DNA from: Octopus bimaculoides
Lineage: Eukaryota
Direction: 5' to 3'
Length of the DNA stretch: 64,000 nt
Assembly: GCF_001194135.2 (NCBI RefSeq)
Contig: NC_068981.1
Location: 152,632,668-152,696,667, forward strand
Part shown: in pieces, positions 12,535 through 26,678 of the stretch
Position numbering within the stretch: the first letter of the stretch is position 1
Layout of the letters: each line of letters opens with the position of its first letter
The notes under the pieces: generated by a model
What the model saw: the letters and a program-made list of their open reading frames with translations, nothing else
Databases searched by the model: none
Told to the model about the DNA's origin: nothing
Program-made: the position numbers and the translations under genes

Positions 12535-13000
12535 GGAAAAATTATTATTTCTAAATCTTTCAACGAGAGACATTCAGTAATAGTACTCTAAAGTAAAGAT
12601 TATTTGTCAACATAATGTGGCAGTCCTGTTTGGGACGAATGTTACTGTTATTTAGCCCCATGTAACATCGTCTCCAGCTGGATATGTGACACTGTCTGTG
12701 CCCTTATATTTTCGAACAAGGGAGTCCAGCGTCCCCTCGCTTTCTAATATAAGCACAAAGTGTGAAACTTTAGCAGAGAGGGCTTGTCGATCACATTAAC
12801 TCCGGTGTTCAACTGGTACTTATTTTATAGACTCTGAACGGATGAAAGGAAAAAGTCCACCTCGGCAGAATTTGAATTTAGAACATAAAGCCAGAAGAAA
12901 TACCCGTAAGCATTTTTTTCCTGACGCAGTGTCAGTCTAACAATTCTTTTAATTCACTGCTTTTATTTCTTTTCTTTTTCTTTCAAATTATGTTTTTCTT

Positions 13001-13500
13001 TTGTGTCTGGGGAGAGTCATTTTCTTATTGTGCCTTGAAATTTAACACACTCACCGTTAAAATTTCCACTTATTTCTTATTTTTATTTTCCTAAAATTTT
13101 CGTTGCGTCTTGCAACCTTTTCAATAGTCTTGGATCTAGTTCAAAACGGGGGCGCCAGTATTTTCAGTGTGTGTGTACACACTGAGACACACACGTGTGC
13201 AAAAACAAACAAAAGCTGCGACACACACATGCGCAAAAACAAACAAAAGCAAAAACAGAACGCAGCGTAAATAACGGACAGTCAAGACTATTGAAAAGGT
13301 TGTAAGACGCAACGAAAATTTTAGGAAAATAAAAATAAGAAATAAGTGGAAATTTTAACGGTGTGTGTGTTAAATTTCAAGGCACAATAAGAAAATGATT
13401 CTCCCCAGACACAACAGAATATGCTTCAACACACGAAATCACATAAAAAAATCTTGCAAACCAAATCCCAAAACGAAATATGTTTTTTCTTATTTTTCTC
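13001..13500. repeat. Second inverted pair of the GTGTCTGGGGAGAGTCA repeat (13001-13132 and 13283-13414)
   Basis: Same family as 6681-8067; the arms are reverse complements. Confidence 0.85.
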
Positions 13501-14199
13501 CATTAGGCTTTTATTTCTTTCTTATTTAATATAGTATTACATNNNNNNNNNNNNNNNNNNNNNNNNNNNNNNNNNNNNNNNNNNNNNNNNNNNNNNNNNN
13601 NNNNNNNNNNNNNNNNNNNNNNNNNNNNNNNNNNNNNNNNNNNNNNNNNNNNNNNNNNNNNNNNNNNNNNNNNNNNNNNNNNNNNNNNNNNNNNNNNNNN
13701 NNNNNNNNNNNNNNNNNNNNNNNNNNNNNNNNNNNNNNNNNNNNNNNNNNNNNNNNNNNNCATACAGAAATTAAAACAATTTTACGGAAATTAACGAACA
13801 ATCATATGATCCCATATATGTCGAGTTGACAACTTTGCTTCTTGAAATGAATGAATGCCATAAAATAACTTCTTTTGACACACACACGCATGTACTCACG
13901 CACACACATACACACACTCTACGTAAAACTTCTGCGCGAATTATGCTATTTCTTGCAGTGTGAATGCGTAAATTTACAGCTCAAATCCAATTGAAATGAT
14001 CTTTTTCTATTGTGTAATTTTTGTTTGTGATGAACGTATTTAAAAACAGGATCTTCGATATAAACTTAAAAGGAAGTTTTCCCAGAAATCCTGTCCCTTA
14101 CCTCTTCTTTCTGACATGTCCGAGGTGACATTTCCGTCCCCATTCGTTATTTTTTTCCTAAATTTCTTCCGATTCCTATGTTTGCGATACAGGAGATTA

Positions 14200-14760
14200 C
14201 AATTTCATCCACAAAACACGTTATCAATATTTTAATTTTCTCCTTCTCCACACCAAATTCATATTTTACTTTTTTCAAATTTTTATTCTTCGTAATCCAT
14301 GGAGAAAAAATAGAGAGTACGAATCTTTAAGAATTTACCCATCACCTCACCACTTTCAAAAAGCTACACGCTCCCAATGTTTCACTTTTAGCTTTTTGAA
14401 AAGCAGAGAAGTTTCTTCAGAAATGATGTCGTTTACCTGTTGTTTCTAGCATGTCGGGTTTTCTGGTGGTGGTCTGGTATTTTTCAAGTCTACTATTTCA
14501 GTAGAATTCTACACATGCGGGAAATATCAGACAAAAGTAAAAGATTGGGAGATTTTAGCTTTTTGAAAGATGGGTGGGCGAGGTGGGGAAGGGGCATTGA
14601 GAGTTTCTTTAAGAAAAAATAAACTATAAAAAAATATATATATTTCCCATATTCGTAATCTACGTGGATAAAAAACAAAATTTGAAAAAAGTTACAAATT
14701 AAGAAATAGCGATGGGGATAGGGGGAAATTAAAAATTTGAAAACGTGATTTCTGGACAAA
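14200..14760. mobile_element. Old degenerate foldback MITE
   Basis: Imperfect inverted blocks (TTTCAAAAAGCTA versus TAGCTTTTTGAAA; TTTTTCAAATTTT versus AAAATTTGAAAAA). Shares an ACATGCTAGAAA.AACAG motif with the 10 kb element. Confidence 0.5.
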
Positions 14761-15159
14761 ATCGCATTAACCCCCTTTTATATGATGAAAGAATACATAG
14801 TTTCTGATCCTTCTCAAGAACAGAAAGCAATTTCATGCAAACCCATGCAAATTGTATCCTCGCCCTTCACTATTAAACAAACAATAACTTCCATTATTCT
14901 ATTAACTATACATCAACTGTGCCGATTCTGCCCATAAGAAAGGAGCAAATAATACAATGTGCTTGTAGCCCATAACACCCAGGCAACGCCGGGATGCATT
15001 GCTAGTATATTATTTATTGGTGTGTGTGACATTTATAATGTTTATGCAAACAGAGAATCGTACTAGCATAATATTTTGTCCCAAAGAAACATCTCAGAGA
15101 GGCTCGTATGTTAAAAACACAAGGCTTCATTCTGAATACTGGAGGCAATCCACATTTGT

Positions 15160-15203
<44 letters not shown>

Positions 15204-15510
15204 TATAGTTGACGTCTGCCTTCCATGCTAGCATGGGTGGGACGGTTTCACAAGAGCCGGCCAGGCCGAAGCCTGCACCAGACTTCTGTGACTGTTTCAG
15301 CAGGATTTTTACAGCTGGATGCCCTTCCTAACACTAACTCCTCAGCAAAGTGGACTTAGTACTTTTTTCGTGGCACAAGCACAGGCAAGGTGAGTAGTGC
15401 TTTTTACGTGGCACAAGCACAGGCGAGGTCAGTTTTGGCAAGGTTTTTACAGCTGGATGGCCTTCCGAACACCAACCACATTACAGTGTGGACTGAGTGC
15501 TTTTAAGTGG
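15160..15510 (-). mobile_element. SINE/LINE 3' end with (TCA)n tail
   Basis: Reverse complement of the 5085-5230 family, including an internal duplication. Confidence 0.7.
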
Positions 15511-15774
15511 CACCTGCACTGACTGGATCACCAAGTACTTGTAAGACTTGGAAAAAAAAAAGATAAAAATCTTTCAAGAGAGGAGGAGGCATTGAAGGAG
15601 GTGATCTTGTGGTGGATGATGAAAAGGTTATAATGAGATAGATACAGGTGTCTTGCTATAGAGGATGTACAAGGTTACCCGGCCGGAGAGAGAAAGATCA
15701 GGAATGAAGACAGAAACAGGTGCGCTACCGCAAAGGAAATACACGGTTACTCAGCCTGTGGGAAGTGCAGGAGA

Positions 15775-15858
<84 letters not shown>

Positions 15859-15949
15859 GAGAGCGAGAGAGAGAGAGAGAGAGAGTGGGAGACAGCATGG
15901 TAGAGATGGTAAAACGCCGGGCATACTCAGAATGAACGGGGATTAGAAT

Positions 15950-16930
15950 ATAAAAGGGATGGTTGAGTAAAGGAAGAAAGAGATATAGATGATGGCAAGT
16001 GCCAGGGCGTACCCTTGAAGTTCAAACGCCATAATATAAATGGAAGGATATTGAGAAGGGAATGTGATTAAAGAGTACGAGTAAGTGGCGAAAGACCTGG
16101 CGGAGGGGGCTACTGGATAGCAATGATACAGAGGAACAGGGGTGTGAGGACAGGATTGGGGAGTGAGAGCTAGGCATAGTGTATGGAGTTACATGTCGGT
16201 GGAACACACAGATCGGGGGCTAGCAGATAGCAATAATAGAGTGAGACAGGGTTTGTGGGTAGAACACACAGGTCAGGGGGCAAGCAGAGAGCAATGATAC
16301 AGTGGCACAGGGACAAGAGAACAGGATTGGGGAGTGGGAGGTAATCAAATTACATGAAGCGGAAATGTGAGGAAGAGAAGAGATATAGAGACGTAGTTTG
16401 GTTTGTTGTGGTGAGAAGTTTTCTTGTTAAGTGTAGGTGGGACACACAGCGCTTCTAGAACTCAGTTTCGCTGACGTGAGCGGGTCTTCTAAAGAACTTC
16501 ATATCGCCAGACATCTCGATCCATTGCCATTTCCTCCGTGAGGCCCAACTTCCTGAGATCTGTCTTTACCACTTCATCCCACGTCTTTCTGGGTCTCCCT
16601 CTTTCACGAGTACCATCCACTTTCAGTGATCGGTACTTCTTTATACAGCTGTCCTCATTCATACGCGTCACATGCCCAAACTAGCGTAGTTTTCTCTCTT
16701 GCAATCTACATTTGATTCCACTTATGCCCAACTTTTCTCTCAATACATTTGCACTTTGCCGTACATGTGCACTAATGTTGCACATCTCAATGGAGCATAC
16801 TACCTTCATTTCTCTCCAGTCTACGCATGTCTTCTGCATTCAGAGCCCATGTCTCACTACCATGGACTATAGCTGTCTATACACAAGCATCATATAGTCT
16901 ACTTTCCACTCAAAGAGAGTCCTTTTGTTG
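15950..16930 (-). mobile_element. 5'-truncated RTE LINE (C-terminus and 3' UTR)
   Basis: MTRMNEDSCIKK..SLKVDGTRERGRPRKTWDEVVKTDLRKLGLTEEMAMDRDVWR at 16489-16671. Confidence 0.85.
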
Positions 16931-18603
16931 CCAACAGAGGTAATAGCTCTCTGAACTGCCTCCACCCAATTCTTATTCTAGAAGCTCTCTGAACTTCCTC
17001 CACCCATTATAAATATTGTACACACCGATGTTTTAATCTAAAGCTGTTTCAAGTGTCAGAGCAGATCAGTGTTAGAGGCATACATTGTTGCAGCATATCG
17101 CTGCATCCACCATTTCTCAGTATTTGCTTGGATCATCTCTGCAGCAAGAGTGAATATTGGTTTCAAATTTTGACACAAGGCCAGAAATTTGGAGGCCGTG
17201 GCTAAGTTGATCACGTCAACCCCAGTGCTCAATGGTACTATCTTATCGACCCTGAAAGGATGAAAAGCAAAGTTGACCTTATCGGAATTTGAACTCAGAC
17301 ATAAAGACACTTGAAATGCAGCTAAGCATTTTGCCCGGTACCGTAAAGATTCTGTCAGCTTGCCACTTTAGCAAGTGTGAATATTAATTTAGTAAAGTAT
17401 ATGATTGATTTTTATATGAATAAATTATCCCTCTAAACTATATTTAACTTTTCTGACCTCAGGATTCTAAAGTTCTTATTTATTACGTTCTCATTAGGAA
17501 TAAACATTATGAGATCAAAGAATAATTATTTTAAAAAATTGAGCATCTGAAAATTATTAAAGACAATGATAATAATTGAAATGTAATATAATGTAAGGCA
17601 TCGAATCCAAATTACTTTGATAAATAACCTATTAATTAAAGGAATATTTATCATAGGTTGTAATCTTGCCAGGAATTTAATCACTGCATATAGGAATACG
17701 TGTGGCTGCAGGGACAAGTATGCCTGTGTGGTTAAGAAGTTTGCTTTGCAATTATGTAGTTTCAGGAGCAACCTCTCAGCATGGTATCTTAACCAAGTAA
17801 CACCTACCATAACTTCAAATTGATTAAAAGTTTGTGTGAATTAGATTTGATTGTTGGAAACTATGACATGTTCTGGTTGGGACACTGAAACCATTGTCTA
17901 TTTTAACATTACTGCATGGCCCTTGGATCCCTTTGGTTGATCGCACCTATAATGGAACAGTAATATATATATATATATATATNNNNNNNNNNNNNNNNNN
18001 NNNNNNNNNNNNNNNNNNNNNNNNNNNNNNNNNNNNNNNNNNNNNNNNNNNNNNNNNNNNNNNNNNNNNNNNNNNNNNNNNNNNNNNNNNNNNNNNNNNN
18101 NNNNNNNNNNNNNNNNNNNNNNNNNNNNNNNNNNNNNNNNNNNNNNNNNNNNNNNNNNNNNNNNNNNNNNNNNNNNNNNNNNNNNNNNNNNNNNNNNNNN
18201 NNNNNNNNNNNNNNNNNNNNNNNNNNNNNNNNNNNNNNNNNNNNNNNNNNNNNNNNNNNNNNNNNNNNNNNNNNNNNNNNNNNNNNNNNNNNNNNNNNNN
18301 NNNNNNNNNNNNNNNNNNNNNNNNNNNNNNNNNNNNNNNNNNNNNNNNNNNNNNNNNNNNNNNNNNNNNNNNNNNNNNNNNNNNNNNNNNNNNNNNNNNN
18401 NNNNNNNNNNNNNNNNNNNNNNNNNNNNNNNNNNNNNNNNNNNNNNNNNNNNNNNNNNNNNNNNNNNNNNNNNNNNNNNNNNNNNNNNNNNNNNNNNNNN
18501 NNNNNNNNNNNNNNNNNNNNNNNNNNNNNNNNNNNNNNNNNNNNNNNNNNNNNNNNNNNNNNNNNNNNNNNNNNNNNNNNNNNNNNNNNNNNNNNNNNNN
18601 NNN

Positions 18604-18646
<43 letters not shown>

Positions 18647-19095
18647 TTGTGTGTGTATATACAAACACATATATATATATACATACATGTGTGTGTGTAT
18701 GTATGTGTGTATGTATGTATGTATATGACAGTATATATACATGTTTTTACATTCATCAATACATACACACACGTGCCATCTTGCATTTTGTCAACTGAAA
18801 TGATCTTGTGCGTTTTTTATCCTTTGCATCTAATGTTGAACTGGAAACGTTTTGCTAGTGACCTAGTAACTGTAATCTAAAACTTTTGCCGTAGGCCATT
18901 CATGTTATTTGATTCCTTTTAATGGTAACCTAACCATGAGTTTATTGGTTACGTATGCTCTGCAATGTATTTTAAAATTGAAGCTAAAACAACCCAATTG
19001 TTTAACAGCAGCAAAGCAAGAAAAGAAAATTTTGTAAGCTGATCTTATATATACACACATATGTACATACACACATATATGCATTTGTACACACA

Positions 19096-19134
<39 letters not shown>

Positions 19135-19934
19135 NNNNNNNNNNNNNNNNNNNNNNNNNNNNNNNNNNNNNNNNNNNNNNNNNNNNNNNNNNNNNNNNNN
19201 NNNNNNNNNNNNNNNNNNNNNNNNNNNNNNNNNNNNNNNNNNNNNNNNNNNNNNNNNNNNNNNNNNNNNNNNNNNNNNNNNNNNNNNNNNNNNNNNNNNN
19301 NNNNNNNNNNNNNNNNNNNNNNNNNNNNNNNNNNNNNNNNNNNNNNNNNNNNNNNNNNNNNNNNNNNNNNNNNNNNNNNNNNNNNNNNNNNNNNNNNNNN
19401 NNNNNNNNNNNNNNNNNNNNNNNNNNNNNNNNNNNNNNNNNNNNNNNNNNNNNNNNNNNNNNNNNNNNNNNNNNNNNNNNNNNNNNNNNNNNNNNNNNNN
19501 NNNNNNNNNNNNNNNNNNNNNNNNNNNNNNNNNNNNNNNNNNNNNNNNNNNNNNNNNNNNNNNNNNNNNNNNNNNNNNNNNNNNNNNNNNNNNNNNNNNN
19601 NNNNNNNNNNNNNNNNNNNNNNNNNNNNNNNNNNNNNNNNNNNNNNNNNNNNNNNNNNNNNNNNNNNNNNNNNNNNNNNNNNNNNNNNNNNNNNNNNNNN
19701 NNNNNNNNNNNNNNNNNNNNNNNNNNNNNNNNNNNNNNNNNNNNNNNNNNNNNNNNNNNNNNNNNNNNNNNNNNNNNNNNNNNNNNNNNNNNNNNNNNNN
19801 NNNNNNNNNNNNNNNNNNNNNNNNNNNNNNNNNNNNNNNNNNNNNNNNNNNNNNNNNNNNNNNNNNNNNNNNNNNNNNNNNNNNNNNNNNNNNNNNNNNN
19901 NNNNNNNNNNNNNNNNNNNNNNNNNNNNNNNNNN

Positions 19935-19972
<38 letters not shown>

Positions 19973-20039
19973 CAGTTGAGTGTGGTAAGCCTTATACTGA
20001 TTTCGGTGAGAAAAAAGAACCGATAGGGGTGCTCGAATG

Positions 20040-20900
20040 CTTATATCTATGGTGCAGTCGGCCAGCATTGTAGGACAAATCTGCATTCACAAGGACAGGA
20101 TCGGAAAATTCTACTCTTACAGTTAAGGCAATGAAAGGGTGGAGATAGTTCTTTAGTATGATCCTTTTCGCGGCTAAGCAGGGCCTGCCTCTCCTACAAT
20201 TGTTATCGTAAGGTTGGCACTTTTCCAATATCCTCCACTTGAGGTCGTAAATACGCAACATTTTTCCTCAACAACCATATATGCTTCGCTAGAGATGTAA
20301 CGTTCCCCCTCTCTTGGATGGTAAAAAGGAGGATTTGTGGTTGTTGAGTCTGGCTGTAAAGGGATCTTCTGTCGCACCCATATATTTTCACACGTCCGTC
20401 ACTCCATGTGGATCCTTTGATATCATCGCAACCTCATACAGGACGGTTTCTACATTGCAATGGCCGTTAAGTGGATATACAGTGTTATCCCTGGATCGGC
20501 AGCCTCCCCCTATTTTAGATTTGAGCCTACTTGTTAATATTTTCTTCTAAGAGGGACCCTCAAGCTGTGCTTATTAAATATTTTTTATACTAATGTGTTT
20601 GGGAAAAGAGTTTATGGACTAAATTAAGACAGATACTGCTTACACAATTCTTTCGTTCAGAGAAAATGGGGTTGTAGACTATATGACTTGACGGTGGGAT
20701 TTTCTCTTGGAGAGGTCAGGGTCGAGTACCTCAGAAAGTGGTGTTACCCTGTTGATGCTCCCTTGATAGTATTATTTACTTATAGCATTGTTTATTGGTT
20801 TATTAGATACCCTGGAATAGTGTAACCCTACAATAATCAAGAAATGTTCATGGTGCTGTTTCGAATTTTGTATACATAATATAGTGGACAAAATAAACTG
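20040..20900 (-). mobile_element. Penelope-like element remnant (RT C-terminus and GIY-YIG endonuclease)
   Basis: Across frameshifts: IVYNPIFS...LNLVHKLF; YPLNGHCNVETVLY; KYMGATEDPFTARLNNHKSSF; TSLAKHIWLL; YDLKWRILEKCQPY...C...KRIIL. Confidence 0.85.
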
Positions 20901-21437
20901 TATCGATTGAAAGGGAATAGGGAACGATTAATCGTTAATAATCGGTAAAAGATATCAATAATTGATAATAAAGGGTATTCGTAAAATGCAGTTGATTTAT
21001 TTTAATAGTTCTGTTTTTTGTTTTTAAAACTTATTTATACGAACGTTTCATGGCAGAAAATAAAATAGAAATAAAACTTACGAAATCAATTTTGGTATAA
21101 AACATGAGCGCGCGCGTACTCACACACACACACAGCTATACAAACCGCATTTAGGTACACATACATGCACTATGACAGTACCATCATTTCACTTTCAGTT
21201 GGTGCACTTAGATTCTTATTGTCCGTCATATTCTATTACATAAGCCCGAATGGTTGCTCAGTTTATTCTACCCACCATTATTATTTGGAATATACATTAA
21301 CAAAAGGTTCAAATACGAACACTCTAAAACGAACTACTCGTATCATAGAACCAGTGTCTCATTATTGCTAAGTTGATATTTGGAATATACGCTAACAAAC
21401 GATTCTCTCTCACGCGTTGACGTCAAGACAAATAAAA

Positions 21438-21620
21438 CAGTTCTATATTTAAGAGATGCCGAATTATGTACATTATTTACATTATTTGCATTATTTACAC
21501 TCGACGGAAGAAGGCTGGAGGGTATATCAACCGAAACGTTGTGCTAACAACAAACAAGATGAGGACAAATATCCGTCGAATGTAAATAATGTAAAAACAA
21601 ATAAACTTCCTCATTTTCAC
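21438..21620. repeat. Foldback junction of a small dispersed repeat
   Basis: 22-nt arms at 21487-21508 and 21572-21593 (2 mismatches) enclose GAAGAAGGCTGG...CAACCGAAACG. Confidence 0.6.
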
Positions 21621-22189
21621 TATCGTAATATCATCAATATCATTAAAAAGGATGATGACACATTATTTCCGATTAAGTGTTAAATACTTGTTTTCTCTTC
21701 TTAGATACAAAAGTTCATGTTTAGTTCTGACTGTGTGGCAAGAAATTTTGCTTCCCAACCGCCTGGTTCTGTGCTCAGTCTCATGGAGAAGCACTCTGGA
21801 CGAACGTCTTCTATAGAGCCTCAAGACGTCCTAAGCCTCGTAAATAGATTTCGTAGACAGAAACTGAAAAAAACCCGTAGTGTGTATATATATATTTAAT
21901 TTTCAAGGAAAGATCCGTAGAAATAGTTACTAGAGTAGCCAAATGTCACATAAACACTTTTAAGGTATTAGTAACCACACGTATATATATATAAACATGT
22001 AATTATGTGTGTGTGAGTTTGTCCTTCACCATTGCTTGACAATCAGTATTGGCGTGTTTACGTCTTCGAAACTTAGCAGTTCAGCAAAAGAGTACCAGGC
22101 TTTGAAAAAATAAGTACTGAGGCTGATTTATTTGTCTGAAATTCTTCAAGACAGTGCCTCAACATTGACGCAGACTGAAACAAGTAAAG

Positions 22190-22232
<43 letters not shown>

Positions 22233-23215
22233 NNNNNNNNNNNNNNNNNNNNNNNNNNNNNNNNNNNNNNNNNNNNNNNNNNNNNNNNNNNNNNNNNNNN
22301 NNNNNNNNNNNNNNNNNNNNNNNNNNNNNNNNNNNNNNNNNNNNNNNNNNNNNNNNNNNNNNNNNNNNNNNNNNNNNNNNNNNNNNNNNNNNNNNNNNNN
22401 NNNNNNNNNNNNNNNNNNNNNNNNNNNNNNNNNNNNNNNNNNNNNNNNNNNNNNNNNNNNNNNNNNNNNNNNNNNNNNNNNNNNNNNNNNNNNNNNNNNN
22501 NNNNNNNNNNNNNNNNNNNNNNNNNNNNNNNNNNNNNNNNNNNNNNNNNNNNNNNNNNNNNNNNNNNNNNNNNNNNNNNNNNNNNNNNNNNNNNNNNNNN
22601 NNNNNNNNNNNNNNNNNNNNNNNNNNNNNNNNNNNNNNNNNNNNNNNNNNNNNNNNNNNNNNNNNNNNNNNNNNNNNNNNNNNNNNNNNNNNNNNNNNTT
22701 TTTAGTGTACTAAATCTACTAAACCCATTGGCATCTCTCGGTGTTGAGCATTTGATTCTATAAAATCAAGTATCTGTGATCTCAGATGGCAGTATAAGTG
22801 TTTTTGAACTCAAAGAACGGGGACATGAGAACTGCAGCGCAATAGGAAGTTTATTAATACTTATATTAACAGTATCAATTCAGTGAGCTTTCATCAAGTG
22901 ACATAAACTTTTTACTTGATTATATTCTGTTTTCTATGAAATATACTATTTCTATGAGAAAAACAAGGTTTTATAAATGAGCCGACGACCTGGTAGAAAT
23001 AGTAGCTAAATTTCTCTCTCAAACTACACTTGATAATCTTAGAAAAACATCCATGTATAAATGTAGTCAGAAGCGCATTAATGTTACTCCACCCACCAAA
23101 AAACAAACAAAAAAAAACAAACAAACAAATAAATAAACAAACAAAAACGGGATGATTATAGCTGGGATGTTTTTTATCATAGGTTTGTTGAGTCAGGGCC
23201 GGTCAAAGGCTAAAG

Positions 23216-23344
23216 AAGACGAAGAAAGCGAAGCAAAAGACGACGACGACGTCGACGACGACGACGACGAAGAAGAAGAAGAAGAAGAAGAAGAAGAAGA
23301 AGAAGAAGAAGAAGAAGAAGAAGAAGAAGAAGAAGAAGAAGAAG

Positions 23345-23381
<37 letters not shown>

Positions 23382-23420
23382 ACGACGACGACGACGACAA
23401 CAACAACAACAACAACAACA
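23216..23420 (+). repeat. Compound trinucleotide microsatellite (GAC)n(GAA)n(CAA)n(GAC)n(CAA)n
   Basis: Directly visible; it explains the poly-D/E/Q ORF. Confidence 0.95.
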
Positions 23421-24519
23421 CCAAAAACAACAAACAGTATGATTATACAATCACTTCAATGACTGAAACAAAGTAAAAGATACAATCTCATTATTTTGGT
23501 TGTACGCAACATACAAAGTTATTCTTTTTTTGTTTCTGAAATTTTCCATTTTAAAGGTAATTTATGTATACGCCTGTGCTTATACATTTATAGTTTTAAT
23601 TAGCATTTAACTATTCATTGTTCATGCAGAAGGCACCCCTGAGAAATTCATCTATGTCGTTAAGAAATATAACCCTTCTCTTAAATATATTCTTTATACA
23701 TACGCCATGATGATAAGAGTATCATCATGTAGCTGGTAATATCACTGTAGCTGGTAATATAGATATGTTGGAGTATCCTGTAATATATTTCAAGTTTGTA
23801 TTTTGTTTTTAATGTACCCTAAAATTTCCTTAAGGAGACAATATTGTACTCCTTTCGTTCAGCTTATGTATGCGCAACCAGACAAGGTGTAGCCAGAACT
23901 ATGCTATACAGAAAAAAAAAAATAGTGTGTAACTTGAGAGAGATTCGACAGCTGTTTCTAGAGGATTAATCAACTGAAGAAAAGTTCCCTCCGTTGAGGA
24001 AGGCGATTGAGACTGATATCGTAGAACATCTGATTAAATATTTAATACGATGTAGTTTCTCCAGATTATGCCTGATTTGAAATCCTACTGGAGTCGTTTT
24101 TTAGCTCTTCGTATTTTCGAAATCAATTGAATATATTAACTTTGTTTCTTCCCTAAAGGTATACCTAGATGGAATCTAACATACTTAATGTAGGGAGCAA
24201 AGAAAGAAGTTTTAATCAATTGGCAGAATGAGAAGAATGTAAAAGGTTGATAGTAACAATAGAGACATTAATCTCTCTCTCACATTTTAACAAAATTATT
24301 CATTAGGAAACAGTAGAACAATTAACAACATAATAAAAATAAGTTTTATTTTGGTGATGCTTGGCTTTACAAATCCTGTGTCATACAGCCTGGTAGACGC
24401 TGGTTAACCTGTAATCAGCATCTTGAGATTAAGAGCTTCGTTGAGGAGCAAGTTGTTGTCACATAGAAGGCACCATGCTAAAGAGGCTTAGAAAACGTGC
24501 GAAGCGCTTTAAATACTGG

Positions 24520-24605
24520 TTTACTACGCATGCGCACTCGAGGGGCTTCCGGGAAGGCAAGTCCCTTGCGCATGCGTAGATTGAACTTCCTTAATGGCGG
24601 CCATA
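24520..24605. promoter_or_regulatory. Candidate housekeeping-type promoter (two NRF1-type sites, ETS-type CTTCCGG, YY1-type ATGGCGGCC)
   Basis: CTACGCATGCGCA at 24524-24536 and its exact reverse complement at 24567-24579; CTTCCGG at 24546; ATGGCGGCC at 24594; CpG-rich island in AT-rich DNA. Confidence 0.5.
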
Positions 24606-25329
24606 ATTTCGCGCCACTACAAGAATAACCATTAGTATTTATGAGAGTTCTCGTGGACTGAGATAGAAGAAAAAACCTGAAAATATTTTTAATTAAAACT
24701 TGAATGGAGAAATGCAGTGGGGGCTGAGTTTGATATTTGGTTCAGGCAGTAGCATTCTCGGATACGTTTCGGTCTTATTATACCTCCTCAGCAAAGCATT
24801 ACCTAGAGGATACTTATCAGGCATTAAAATGACTGAGAACATAGCAATTTTGGCGTAAAACATTCACAGATGAAGTAGTTTAAATAATGATAGTTGTCTC
24901 TTGTATTTTTTACATTAAGTGGTGATTAACATAGCGGTCAACTCATTGCTTTAAATCAATTTTTAATCAATAAAACACACACACACACACACACGCACAA
25001 AATTGTTTTGTAGTATCTAGTGACAAGCAACGTAGAGTAGCAGGACTTTCTTATTGTGGTGAGCCCAATTTCATTGTGAATCGCTTTCAAAAGTTACACG
25101 TGACAAGGATTTAATTGTTCTCATATTACTAATGCCCTCGAAAAAGATATAAAATTTATCTTCTATCGCGTCTATAAATCTGAGGCTTTGTGGCTATTAA
25201 AAATAAATTTGTATTCTAAAATATCAGTAGGATCTGTTATTGTTGTGAAGCATAATCTATCCGTGAGACGATATTTGATGTTATTCCTCTGGTTTCTTTT
25301 AAAAAAGCAATCTATTACAGTTATTTGTA

Positions 25330-25355
25330 ATCTATCTATCGGTCTGTCTGTCTGT

Positions 25356-25409
<54 letters not shown>

Positions 25410-25413
25410 GTCA

Positions 25414-25449
<36 letters not shown>

Positions 25450-25960
25450 GTATGTATGTATGTCTACACCAGCGCAGCCACACACACTCCACCTCACCCT
25501 CTCTCCATCTCACGCATGCTCACACGCACGCGCACACACGCACGCACGCTCACACACATGAATGTACTTATATCTTCACTCACTCTCTCTCTCTCTCTCT
25601 CTCTCTTTCACACACACACTTAACACATACACCTGCACATATACACGCACGTACATACACTTCCACACATACACGCGCGCGCACATAGACACACATCTCC
25701 ACACGCTCACACGTAGACACACACATATATATACAGAGGGAGAGCGACAGAGTAACACAGACTCACACACACGCACCCATACACATGTGCACACGCATAC
25801 ACATTCCCACTCTGTCTACGTACATATGCCAATACACACGCATACACACTATCACGCACACACACACGCAGTTCCTGCCACACACAAACACACATGTGCT
25901 ACCGTATCTACACACGCCCCCCCCCCCACGCAAACACATACCGACCATTTTTACACTCTT
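25330..25960. repeat. Compound microsatellite block (TCTG, TATC, CA, CT)
   Basis: Directly visible. Confidence 0.9.
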
Positions 25961-26261
25961 CTGTCCCAAAAAGCACTTTCTCTTTGTCCTTCTACTTCCG
26001 GTCACTTCAAAAATGCGACCGCACGTAGATTATTGGCGATTTTTTTCCTGCTTCCTTTGGACTTTGCTGTTTTTCCTGCTCCCAAAGAAGAGCTATGCTC
26101 GAAACGTAAAACAACTACTCTTTTCCTTCTCCGAGCGTCATATTAATACTTTGCTACGTTCTCACGTTTTTTTACTTCTTCCCCTGTTTCTTTCTCTGTT
26201 TTTTTTTTAATTAACTATGTATATACAGAAAAGATCCATCCATCCATCCATCCATCCATCC

Positions 26262-26302
<41 letters not shown>

Positions 26303-26678
26303 TGTATATGTATATGTATAAAACAACAGGATTTCATGTCGGCAGATGTAAGAGTGAATTTCTAGAGCGACACAGAATAGATTTGCAACTTTCAGGATAT
26401 TTCTACTGCATTGGGTTCGAATATTACAAAGCTGTTACCAAGCTATGAGACACGAATGTAATTCTACTTCAACCAAGTCTAAGTCATCCGTTCACTATGC
26501 TTCCTCTATGATCACTACTTCCTAAAGTACCCTTGCCTATCATCCAATACAACACCTGTACATTCATCAGATGTACGCTGTGTAACCACTTATCTGCTAC
26601 AGTTGCTACTATATACACTAGTTCATCTTCTAAAACTCTGCTTATCTCATGCATTGCATATGTCCATCCAGACCATAG

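Noticed and set aside
17894-20086. Long ORFs spanning N runs (also 10305, 13503, 47600, 48769, 59239)
   Set aside because: Open only because the gap translates as X.
23152-23450. ORFs with poly-D/E/Q, poly-C/S and poly-L/F runs
   Set aside because: All frames come from a compound trinucleotide microsatellite; no splice or homology support.
25990-26050. Second promoter candidate (ACTTCCGGT, AAAATGCG)
   Set aside because: A single short motif next to microsatellite and repeat sequence; similar motifs occur inside repeats at about 49440-49475.
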